Assembly: GCA_011380095.1 (NCBI GenBank)
Contig: DSAL01000063.1
Span: 1 to 37,396, forward strand
Direction of reading: 5' to 3'
DNA length: 37,396 bases
From: Candidatus Altiarchaeales archaeon
GTDB lineage: Archaea; Altiarchaeota; Altiarchaeia; IMC4; SCGC-AAA252-I15
This document shows positions 25,440 through 34,307 of this stretch, piece after piece. A program made the translations under genes and the position numbers. The notes beneath the pieces are model-generated. The model was not told the origin of the DNA. It did not search any database and saw only the letters and a program-made list of their open reading frames with translations. The first letter of the stretch is position 1; each line of letters begins with the position of its first letter.

Positions 25440-28157
25440 ATGAGAATCAAACGCTTTGAGACTAAAGCCTACGTCCTGTCTGACGCTGACGTGAATGCGG
25501 CTGAAAAATATTTTCAGGACCGTGCAAGGCATTATTCAAAGCAGTTGAAAAAGCAGGTTAGGACGGTTGTCGAGAGGGGTTATGCACCGGTTCTTGTTCT
25601 TGCCGCAATAAGGATGGATGATTCTGGAGAATACGCCAGAATCGAAAGCCTATTCCACGTAGACCTCAATAGCGGCGGACTGTTATACGGAAAGAATGCA
25701 GGAGGCGGGGGTTTTTTAAAGAATATTTTTTCTGGACCAAAACTTTTCGACATTCAAAACGACACAGTACTCCTGGAATTGCGGGCTCTGACTCCAGCAG
25801 CCTTAAAGGCTTTGGGAGACCTGATTATGAGGGGAACCCGCCAGTGGGAGATGCTTGACGCGCCGACCCAGAAGGCGTGCACGGAATTGATAGGCAGGAA
25901 GTTCGCCGAAAAATGGAATCCGAAGGATACTGAAAGCGATTTAACTTCAGTGTTTAGGGAGCTTGCCGAAATGAAGCGCGTCTCAAACGTCTTCTACGTC
26001 CGTCCGACGCTTAAAATCCCGAAATTCAACAGCGTAGAGTATAATATTTCCCGCGGACTGCAAAAGACCAAGACTGTTGAAGGCGACTATGGACGGCTTC
26101 CGATAAATCACGCTCCGGAAAAGCTTGAATACCTTTTAGGAACCTTGTTTTCATGCCAGCTTGTGGAAAAAGACATAATCTACCTTCCATACATCAAATG
26201 CACTTTCATGTTTGAAGGCGGAGTCGAGGTTGAAGTAAAGCATCCGCTCCGGCAGCGTGGCGGGAAGATAAAGAAGTATCAAAACCCCCAGCGCCTCAAA
26301 GACGTGAATATCGGAACCAGGGGGCACGGCCTAGAATCCACGCCAATAGAGTCGGTTTCCATAAACTTCAGCAACGTCGGGGGGATGGACGAGTTGAAGG
26401 AGGAGATAAAATCCGCCATAATCTATCCGCTAACGCATCCCGAACTCTCTGAAGAATACGGGAAGGCTGGAGGTGGTGGAGTATTATTCTACGGCCCGCC
26501 AGGGTGCGGAAAAACATATATTGTCCGGGCGACTGTGGGCGAGACGGGATTCAATTTTTTCGCGGCAAGCATACAGGATATTGTCGGTCTTGGGGCGGAC
26601 GCCGGCTCAAAACAGTTGAACGAGATATTCAACGAGGCTAGGAGGAGCGCCCCCTCAATACTGTTTTTCGACGAGATTGACGCTTTGGGTGGACGGCGGG
26701 AGGCTAAGAAGGCGGGGGGCGAGAGGATGGTGATAAACCAGTTCCTGACGGAAATGGAGGGTATTGGAGAATCCAATAGGAATGTTTTGGTAATCGGGGC
26801 GAGCAACGCTCCATGGGATATTGACCCGGCACTACGGCGTGCCGGACGTTTCACGAAACAGATTTTCGTTCCACCGCCGGACGGGAAGGCGCGGGAGACT
26901 TTGTTCAAGATTTACTTGAAGGACAGGCCGGTCGACAAAAAAGTCGATTTTAAAAAGCTGGTTGATATGAGTGAGGGGTATTCTTCCGCAGACATCACGG
27001 CAATATGCGAGGATGCGGCGAAGATCCCATGGAATGAGTCCGTGCACGGGGGGGCGAGACGACCGATAAACATGGACGATTTCGAGCTCGTGTTCAAACA
27101 GCGGGACAACTCGCTTACGGCATGGCTTCGTCTTGCGGAAAAGGAAATACGAAAAAGCGGGGAATACGACGTTTACCCCCGGCTTTCCGAATATGTTTTC
27201 AAGCGGGCTGGCGGCGTTGAGGCGGCGGAAACCCCCAATCTGTCTTTCAAGGATGTTGCCGGCCTTGAGGACGTGAAGGAGGTGATTCGCGAGAAAATCA
27301 TCTATCCGCTCGTGAACCCGGAGCTTGCGAGCGAATACCAGCAGGATGTTTCCGGCGGAATATTGTTGTACGGGCCGCCCGGCTGCGGTAAAACATATAT
27401 AAGCCGGGCGAGCGCAGGGGAATGCAAGTCGAATTTCTACAACATCAGGCTGACGGAACTACTCTCTTCCGAGGAGGGTGAGAGTGAAAAGCAACTGGCG
27501 GCGATATTTGAGCGCGCCTCGAGGAACACTCCCGCAATAATATTCTTCGACGAGATTGACGCGGTCGCAAGCACGCGTTCAAGCAAGAAGTCTGGGATGG
27601 AGAGGCGTCTTGTAAACCAGCTTCTCACAGAAATGGACGGTTTCGAAAAGAATCATGGAGTAGTCGTCATGGCTGCGACGAACACGCCATGGGACATTGA
27701 CCCGGCGTTGAGGAGGGCTGGAAGGTTTTCCTCAAGAATCTATCTTCCGGAGCCTGATTTTGAGGCGAGGAAGGCGATGATAAGCATTTACTGCCGTGGG
27801 AAGCCGGTTTCCAAAGACTTGAATATTGATGAGATTGCTGGGTTGACGGAAGGGTTTGCTTCGGCGGACGTCGCCCTTTTGGTGAATGACGCAGTGAAGG
27901 TGGCGTGGCGTGAGGCAATGAACGGGAAGCCAAAACGGGATGTGGTGACACAGGACTTTTTGAATGTCTTGAAAGACCGTGAGAGTTCTCTTGGACCATG
28001 GTATGCCCAAGCCGAGAAGGAGCTGGCTGAATCGGGGGAGGGTGAGAATTATCCAGAACTTTCCAATGCAATCAAAAGGAAGAAGAGTAGCGGGTGGAAG
28101 CCCAATAGAAAGCCTCAAACAGTAAAGAGTATTGGGGTGGAAGAGGAAAGCTGGTAG
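25440..28157 (+). CDS. Tandem (D1-D2) classical-clade AAA+ ATPase with unrecognised ~300-aa N-domain
   Basis: Two copies of GPPGCGKT, FFDEID, NQxLTEM and PWDIDPALRRAGRF. Confidence 0.92.
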   Translation: MRIKRFETKAYVLSDADVNAAEKYFQDRARHYSKQLKKQVRTVVERGYAPVLVLAAIRMDDSGEYARIESLFHVDLNSGGLLYGKNAGGGGFLKNIFSGPKLFDIQNDTVLLELRALTPAALKALGDLIMRGTRQWEMLDAPTQKACTELIGRKFAEKWNPKDTESDLTSVFRELAEMKRVSNVFYVRPTLKIPKFNSVEYNISRGLQKTKTVEGDYGRLPINHAPEKLEYLLGTLFSCQLVEKDIIYLPYIKCTFMFEGGVEVEVKHPLRQRGGKIKKYQNPQRLKDVNIGTRGHGLESTPIESVSINFSNVGGMDELKEEIKSAIIYPLTHPELSEEYGKAGGGGVLFYGPPGCGKTYIVRATVGETGFNFFAASIQDIVGLGADAGSKQLNEIFNEARRSAPSILFFDEIDALGGRREAKKAGGERMVINQFLTEMEGIGESNRNVLVIGASNAPWDIDPALRRAGRFTKQIFVPPPDGKARETLFKIYLKDRPVDKKVDFKKLVDMSEGYSSADITAICEDAAKIPWNESVHGGARRPINMDDFELVFKQRDNSLTAWLRLAEKEIRKSGEYDVYPRLSEYVFKRAGGVEAAETPNLSFKDVAGLEDVKEVIREKIIYPLVNPELASEYQQDVSGGILLYGPPGCGKTYISRASAGECKSNFYNIRLTELLSSEEGESEKQLAAIFERASRNTPAIIFFDEIDAVASTRSSKKSGMERRLVNQLLTEMDGFEKNHGVVVMAATNTPWDIDPALRRAGRFSSRIYLPEPDFEARKAMISIYCRGKPVSKDLNIDEIAGLTEGFASADVALLVNDAVKVAWREAMNGKPKRDVVTQDFLNVLKDRESSLGPWYAQAEKELAESGEGENYPELSNAIKRKKSSGWKPNRKPQTVKSIGVEEESW

Positions 28158-28168
28158 CGGGTGAAAAA

Positions 28169-29170
28169 TTAGGGGTGGTAGGGGAGTGTTTGCAGTCCCT
28201 CCGTCTCGCCATACCCCATCATCAGATTCATGTTTTCGACAGCCTGGCCTGACGCGCCCTTTATGAGGTTGTCTATGCTTGAGACGACGACAAGCCTTTG
28301 TTTTTCATTGTCGTAGAAGACTGCTATGTCGCAGTAGTTGCTGAACGCAACGTTCTTGACCGTGCTTTCCGAAACAACACGGACAAAAGGTTCTTTAGCA
28401 TACTTCTTTTCGAATATTTTCACTGGATCGTCTATTTCGCCGAATATATGGATTGTCTCCTGGATGCCCCGGCTGAATGGCGCGAGAGTCGGCGTGAAAT
28501 TCACCGACGCATTCGGATTCAACCCTTGGAGTATGAAGTCTATTTCAGGCTGGTGCCGATGTCCTATAACTTTATAGGGCTTTAGGTTGTCTGCCACCTC
28601 GGATGCGTGCAGGAATTGCGTTGGCTTGACTCCCGCCCCGCTTGTGCCGGATTTCGCGTCAACTATGATGTGCTCGAGGTCGAGTTTTTTCTCTCCCATG
28701 AGAGGTATGAGTCCGAGTAGCGCCGAGGTCACATAGCATCCGGGATTGGCGATAAGACTTGCTTTTTTGATTTTAGCCCTGTTGAGTTCCGGCAGGCCGT
28801 AGACTGCCTTTTTCAAGAGTTCGGGATTCTTGTGTATGCAATAGTATTTCTCGAAAACCTGCTTGTCTGAAATCCGGTAGTCTGCGCTCAAGTCTATGAC
28901 CTTTACGCCCGAATTCAAAAGTTCTGGAACCGCCTCCATCGATTTTGTGTGTGGAAGGCATAGGAATACTATGTCTGCGTCGCCCGCGCCCTTGTATTGC
29001 CTGAATTTTCCATTTAAAACTTTAGTGAGGTTTGGGTGCGCTTCAGGTATGTCCCTACCCTCGTAAGTTCTGGAGGTCGCTGTGACTTCATCCACTTTCG
29101 GGTGAAGCGACAGTATTCTCAAAAGCTCGCCCCCAGTATATCCGGAGCCTCCGACTACAAGCGCCTTCAT
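28169..29170 (-). CDS. argC: N-acetyl-gamma-glutamyl-phosphate reductase (ArgC/LysY family)
   Basis: GGSGYTGGEL, DLSADYR, NPGCY, SGTSGAG, HRHQPEI, IDNLIKGASGQAVENMN. Confidence 0.93.
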   Translation of the reverse strand: MKALVVGGSGYTGGELLRILSLHPKVDEVTATSRTYEGRDIPEAHPNLTKVLNGKFRQYKGAGDADIVFLCLPHTKSMEAVPELLNSGVKVIDLSADYRISDKQVFEKYYCIHKNPELLKKAVYGLPELNRAKIKKASLIANPGCYVTSALLGLIPLMGEKKLDLEHIIVDAKSGTSGAGVKPTQFLHASEVADNLKPYKVIGHRHQPEIDFILQGLNPNASVNFTPTLAPFSRGIQETIHIFGEIDDPVKIFEKKYAKEPFVRVVSESTVKNVAFSNYCDIAVFYDNEKQRLVVVSSIDNLIKGASGQAVENMNLMMGYGETEGLQTLPYHP

Positions 29171-29174
29171 CTTT

Positions 29175-30239
29175 CTAATACACCTCCAGGTCTGAAATCA
29201 TCTTCTCCCGGTTTGCAGTCCTCCTCTTCCTTGCCGCGGGAGGCTTCGGCTTTTCACTCTCCTCTGACACGAGTCTTACGTCAGGATCGAAGTATTGTAT
29301 GAAGTAGATGCTGTAGAGCCTCAAAAATACGGGTATTGGAAGAGTCAGCACGATTGTGACGTATCCCGTGAAAATCATCAGGAGCATCAGGAGGATTATC
29401 CCGAAGAATATTGCGACAAGGAGTATTGGGGAAAGAGCCGGGAACGCTCCGACCGCCAGAAGAAGTATGGCTGCGACACCGAAAACCGCGATTGCGGCAA
29501 TTACTATGACTACCAATATTACGACTATTCCTATTACGCCGGAGATGACAGATGTGATCAGTGTTAGTATTATCTTCAAGAGCAGGTAGACTATGAATTC
29601 ACCGGGATTCTCCCTAACAAGTTGTATTATCCGGCTCCAAGCCTCAAGTATTCCGAGTCTCCTGCCGAGCATGAGTGGCATCGCAAAGTCCGTTGTGAAG
29701 GAGGAGATTAGGGAGGAGAGTATGGCGAGCGCGAAGATTGCGGTGAAAAAGAGTGTCGCAAGGAGTATGGTGACCGCGGCATTCTCGAAATAAAACACTA
29801 TGCCGAAGAATAGGACTGCGAGAATCACCATGGAAAGTATAAGCACCAGGTCTATCGCGATGGTGAACAGGAATAGTGCAAGACCACGCTCCATGTTCCC
29901 GCGAAACCATGCTATGAAGCGGACGTCCTCTTTTGAAAGCGACTCTATGAACATGAACTTGAAAACCGACGAGAGGTATTGGAACGTCAGGCTGAGCGCA
30001 ATCAAAAACAAGGCAACAAAGATTACGACTATCAAAACCTCCGTCGTTATGTTGAAGTTTAAGTCCTCGTGGGGGGAGGACAAGTTCTGTCCGAAACCGC
30101 TTCCGCCAAGAGTGAAATTCGCGATAAGCAGGACGAGGGCGAGCTTCAGCCAGAAGTATGGGTTGAATTTCGTGAAAAGTATTTCCGCCGTCTTCCTAAG
30201 GGACGCGTTTAGCGCCGCAACAGCCTTATAGTCGCCCAT
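29175..30239 (-). CDS. Conserved multi-pass membrane protein of unknown function
   Basis: About six hydrophobic segments; WLKLA, TTDFAMPLM, PIPVFLRLYS. Confidence 0.7.
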   Translation of the reverse strand: MGDYKAVAALNASLRKTAEILFTKFNPYFWLKLALVLLIANFTLGGSGFGQNLSSPHEDLNFNITTEVLIVVIFVALFLIALSLTFQYLSSVFKFMFIESLSKEDVRFIAWFRGNMERGLALFLFTIAIDLVLILSMVILAVLFFGIVFYFENAAVTILLATLFFTAIFALAILSSLISSFTTDFAMPLMLGRRLGILEAWSRIIQLVRENPGEFIVYLLLKIILTLITSVISGVIGIVVILVVIVIAAIAVFGVAAILLLAVGAFPALSPILLVAIFFGIILLMLLMIFTGYVTIVLTLPIPVFLRLYSIYFIQYFDPDVRLVSEESEKPKPPAARKRRTANREKMISDLEVY

Positions 30240-30252
30240 ATTGTAAAACCCG

Positions 30253-31152
30253 TTACCTTAATTTGTTATACCTTTCTAAAACCTGCTCCATCGACGGCAG
30301 GTTCGTCTGGCACCCCCAGCTTTCCACGATAAAGCTTGCGGTGCTGTTACCAATAAGAGCCGAGTCATAAATGTCTTTCCCCCGGGCGTATCCAGCCAGA
30401 AAACCCGCGTTAAATGCGTCTCCAGCCCCGGATTCGTCGGCGACTTTCGTCTTGAACGTCTTCAAGTCGACTTTCGTGTCTTTCGCATAGACCGAACATC
30501 CTTCCGAACCCCGGGTTTCTATGAAGAATTCCGGACCTCTCGTAAAGTCAATCCTGAACCCGATTTTCCTAAGATGCGCGAGCTCGTGGTGGTTGACAAT
30601 CAAAATGTCTGTACTGCGCAAGACTGTCTTGAATTCGGGAGTGATTTCGCGGAACTTGAATATGCCGTACCCGGGATTCCAGACGATGAAAGACTTCTTG
30701 TACTCCTTAACAACCTTCTTGTGCAAGCCCATGTAGGTTCTTGCAAGATACACGGACTTAACGTCCCGCACAAGATTTTTCCCGAACTCTTTCACAGGGT
30801 CGAGGTCGTCGAGCTTCTCGGTCACCCCCTTTTGGAAGAAGCTTATCTGGTGTCCGTTGTTTTTGAAGAACATGCTTTTGGTGGTGTCGCCGAAAATGCT
30901 CTTCAACATAAGTTTAATCCCCTGACTTTCCATGTATCTGCGGTAATCCTCGGCATCCGTTCCAATGACGCTCACAAGCCCGCAATTCAAGCCGAGATTG
31001 TTGGCGACCACTACAGTATTCGCGCCCATCCCGCCGTAAAACCTTCTGGCGCTCGTGATGTCAGACGCCTGGTTCAACTCCGGAAGCTTCCCTACCCCGT
31101 AGAAGTAGTCAACTGCCGTATCGCCGAACACTAGAAGATCAAGATTTGGCAT
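30253..31152 (-). CDS. PfkB/ribokinase-family (nucleoside/sugar) kinase
   Basis: GGMGAN, NHHE, TRGSEG, DESGAGDAFNAGF. Confidence 0.92.
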   Translation of the reverse strand: MPNLDLLVFGDTAVDYFYGVGKLPELNQASDITSARRFYGGMGANTVVVANNLGLNCGLVSVIGTDAEDYRRYMESQGIKLMLKSIFGDTTKSMFFKNNGHQISFFQKGVTEKLDDLDPVKEFGKNLVRDVKSVYLARTYMGLHKKVVKEYKKSFIVWNPGYGIFKFREITPEFKTVLRSTDILIVNHHELAHLRKIGFRIDFTRGPEFFIETRGSEGCSVYAKDTKVDLKTFKTKVADESGAGDAFNAGFLAGYARGKDIYDSALIGNSTASFIVESWGCQTNLPSMEQVLERYNKLR

Positions 31153-31208
31153 GAAAAATCCCCACAACAAGTAGGTTATTAGTCTGGCATCTTAATTAAT
31201 ACTCCCAA

Positions 31209-31883
31209 ATGAAAATCGTTTTCTCATACGGCGGAAGCATACTCGCCCAAGAAGGGACAGGCAAAAACTTCATCGAAAAAGTCGCTGGCATGCTCGAAGA
31301 ATTCTCGCAAAACCACAAGATTGCAGTGGTTGTAGGTGGTGGGAAGCCGGCGCGAGACGCAATCAAGATTGCGCGAGACAATGGCGAGAGCGAGGCGGCA
31401 TGCGACCACATAGGAATACTTGCAACACGAGACAACGCTCAACGGTTCTTAGATGTCTTGGGGGACTGCGCGCTCGACGTCATCCCGGAAACACTAGTGG
31501 ACGCGAAAAACCTGTTCGGCGAGAAAATCCTTGTGATGGGGGGGACTGAGCCGGGACACTCAACAGACGCGGTGGCCGCGATTTTAGCGGACTGGATTAA
31601 GGCCGACATTCTCATAAAGGCATCAAACATCGACTATGTCTACGACAAAAACCCGAAAATCCATTCCAACGCGAAGCCAATCAAACACATCAGCCCGAAA
31701 GAGGTGGTGTCGATGGTCGCCCACATGGAGTCCGGCGCCGGACAATACGCCTTAATCGACTTGGTTGCGGCTAAAGTCATAGAGCGTGCGAAAATCAAAA
31801 CAATTGTCTTGGACGGGCGGGATTTAGACAACATCAAGAATGTCGTAGCTGGAAGACCGTTCAAGGGAACGACAATAGAATAG
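31209..31883 (+). CDS. pyrH: UMP kinase, archaeal type
   Basis: SYGGS, VVVGGGKPAR, DHIGILATRDNA, GGTEPGHSTDAVA, VYDKNPK, GTTI. Confidence 0.95.
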   Translation: MKIVFSYGGSILAQEGTGKNFIEKVAGMLEEFSQNHKIAVVVGGGKPARDAIKIARDNGESEAACDHIGILATRDNAQRFLDVLGDCALDVIPETLVDAKNLFGEKILVMGGTEPGHSTDAVAAILADWIKADILIKASNIDYVYDKNPKIHSNAKPIKHISPKEVVSMVAHMESGAGQYALIDLVAAKVIERAKIKTIVLDGRDLDNIKNVVAGRPFKGTTIE

Positions 31884-31932
31884 ATGAAAAATGTTTTGAA
31901 AACAGTTCTCCTGATGCCAAAAACTAGTCAGC

Positions 31933-32664
31933 CTACATCGATTCTATTCTTGGCGCAAGATAATAGACCAGTTTTGAATCCCCGATTGAATACGAGATTT
32001 GCAGCGGCGCGTCAGTCCTAAGTTTTACCTGAACTATGGACGGAGGCTCTGCCTCCTTCAAAATGTTGTTCAAGTGGTCGAGGCTGAATACCGCGCGGGA
32101 AGCGCTCTTCTTCTCAAGCGAGAGGAGTTTTTCCTCTGGAAGCCTGATTTCAACGCTTCCGGTGTCGCCGTCGCAGGCTATGTTGAATCCGTCGTCAATG
32201 CTTAATGCGACGTGGTTGCTGACAAGCTCCGCGTCCTTCAAAGCCTCCTTGATTATTGCGGGCGGAATCTTCGCGCTTGACGTGAACTCAATCTGAGGCT
32301 CTTTGGGTGGGGACGAGTGAGCGTCGATTACAGCTATCTTGAAGCTTCGGGTAGTGTCGCCCTTGAATGTCATTCCAAGCCTCTTGTCCAGGCTCAAATG
32401 AATCTTGTCTTCCGCCTTGACGCGCTTTGTAATCTTGCTCATTTCGGCAAAATCGATTCCAATGTCGATCGGCCTGTCAAGTTCAAAGCTTTCAAAAGAT
32501 GATGCGGGTAGGTTAAAGTCGAGCATTGCAATCTGGCTCGGATCCATGGCCCTCAAATGCATGCCGTCGGAGTCAATTATAAAGGTGCCCTCGTCGAGTA
32601 TGGAAGCGATAGCGTCGATGCTGCTCTTCCAGTTCCTGGTGTCACTAATCACGGCTTTGAACAT
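31933..32664 (-). CDS. pcn: PCNA sliding clamp
   Basis: LRAMDPSQIAMLDFNLP..FESF; C-terminal YYLAPRIE. Confidence 0.97.
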   Translation of the reverse strand: MFKAVISDTRNWKSSIDAIASILDEGTFIIDSDGMHLRAMDPSQIAMLDFNLPASSFESFELDRPIDIGIDFAEMSKITKRVKAEDKIHLSLDKRLGMTFKGDTTRSFKIAVIDAHSSPPKEPQIEFTSSAKIPPAIIKEALKDAELVSNHVALSIDDGFNIACDGDTGSVEIRLPEEKLLSLEKKSASRAVFSLDHLNNILKEAEPPSIVQVKLRTDAPLQISYSIGDSKLVYYLAPRIESM

Positions 32665-32741
32665 AATACATCACCAACCAAGGTATTGCTAAAGTATTAG
32701 AAACCAAGTTAATAAGATGGCGGCGGAGTTTTCCAAAACCA

Positions 32742-34277
32742 TTATTTAAAGCATTCCCTAACATGGTTTCTGTCTAACGTTAAAAGGAGGGCTGCGGCCT
32801 TTGGACCCTTTTCCTTTCCAATGAGTGTGGTGTAGATTGCCTTGAATAGTTGGGGGGGTTTCAGGTCATTCGCTCTTGCAGTATTGTAAATTGTCTTGTG
32901 GAACTCCTCCGCAGTCTGCGGCTTGTCCAGTTGTTTTGAAAGCTCCCGCAAACACTTTTTCTCAACGTCTGTGAGTTTGGAAAATTCTTTCCTCGCCCCG
33001 TCAACCGTGTTGAGCGTGAAAGTCAATTGCTCCGGCCCATACTGCCTAACCCAGTTTCCGGCGACCCGCACGCGCTCGACCAAACGCTCCGCATCGAAGT
33101 CACAGTATCCTGAAAAGTTGGCGCGCTCGACAATCACGCTATCGTCAAGCTCTGGAACAACTTGTGCAAGTACTGCGCAGAACGTGTAGGGCACATTCAG
33201 TTTTTTCGGCTCCCCCACTTGGGAGAGGAGATACTGGAGTGACTCATCGCTTCCCGCGCTTGAAAAGTATTGTGCTTCCGCCTGGTCGTATTCGTCAGCC
33301 ATCGGGGGAATCCTTGATAAATCTATGTCGCGCTGTTTGTTCAGCTTCTTGTACATGAAATAGTTCAAGACTTCGGGCTCGGCTATTTCAAGCCAGCCTG
33401 CAGGAGTTATCACGTTGCCCTTGCTCGAACTTATCTTCTCCCCGTTCAAAGTCAAAAACTCGTAGATGACCGGGACCGGAGCATCACGACCGAAGATGTT
33501 CTCGATGATTTTCTTGCTCGTCCAATAAGAGCCTCCCGCCGACGCATGGTCTTTTCCGAAAGGCTCGCACGTAACCTTGAAGTGGTTCCAGCGTGACGCC
33601 CACTCGACCCGCCAAGGCATCTTGCCCATGCCGTCTTTTATGTCTGAAACTCCCTGGTGGCCGCATCCCGCGACTTCCCCGCCCTTAACTTCAGCGCCTT
33701 CGCAGACGTAGGAGACTTTGTCGCCGTCAACGGCAGTCGCGCGCGTACTTGAAATCTTACCGCACTTCTCGCAAATCGGAGTCCAAGGAATCCAGTCCGC
33801 ATCCAACGGCGTGTCACGGAACTCGTTGAGGATGGAGATGATTTCAGCTCTGCGCTCAATCACAATCCTAATCTCCTCAAGCAGTTGTCCCGAGCGGTAG
33901 ATTTCGGTTCCGGAATAGACTTTCGGCTTTACTCCGAATGATTTGAGGCTTTCGAGGAAGGGTTTTGCGAAATGTTCGACGAAATTGTCGTGGCAGCCGT
34001 CTGGGTCTGGAATGTCTTTCACGGGATAGCCGAGATATTCCTTCAAGGATTCCATGCCCTTCGGAACGCTCCTGAACGGGTCTGAATCGTCCGCAACCCA
34101 GACTAGTTCCGCCGGATATCCTGAGCGCTCGACCGCCTTCCTAACGCATTCTCCCCGTATGATGTCGCTCGCGTTCCCAAGGTGGGGGATGCCCGAGATG
34201 CTTGTGCCCGTTTCAATTACGACCTTCTTGTCGCCTCTTGAAACACACTCCTCGGCGGTCGTAGTACTCCAGTGCAT
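32742..34277 (-). CDS. lysK: Lysyl-tRNA synthetase class I
   Basis: SGIPHLGN, CEKCG, KMPWRVEW, EPFGKDH, KISSSKGN, KGPK; start MHW at 34277 preferred. Confidence 0.96.
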   Translation of the reverse strand: MHWSTTTAEECVSRGDKKVVIETGTSISGIPHLGNASDIIRGECVRKAVERSGYPAELVWVADDSDPFRSVPKGMESLKEYLGYPVKDIPDPDGCHDNFVEHFAKPFLESLKSFGVKPKVYSGTEIYRSGQLLEEIRIVIERRAEIISILNEFRDTPLDADWIPWTPICEKCGKISSTRATAVDGDKVSYVCEGAEVKGGEVAGCGHQGVSDIKDGMGKMPWRVEWASRWNHFKVTCEPFGKDHASAGGSYWTSKKIIENIFGRDAPVPVIYEFLTLNGEKISSSKGNVITPAGWLEIAEPEVLNYFMYKKLNKQRDIDLSRIPPMADEYDQAEAQYFSSAGSDESLQYLLSQVGEPKKLNVPYTFCAVLAQVVPELDDSVIVERANFSGYCDFDAERLVERVRVAGNWVRQYGPEQLTFTLNTVDGARKEFSKLTDVEKKCLRELSKQLDKPQTAEEFHKTIYNTARANDLKPPQLFKAIYTTLIGKEKGPKAAALLLTLDRNHVRECFK

Positions 34278-34307
34278 GGAGTATTTAATTGTATTCAAAG
34301 ATAATTA

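Noticed and set aside
25440..28157. Calling the ATPase cdc48/VAT or cdvC
   Set aside because: No CDC48 N-domain or MIT domain, no ESCRT-III genes nearby, and aromatic pore loops are absent
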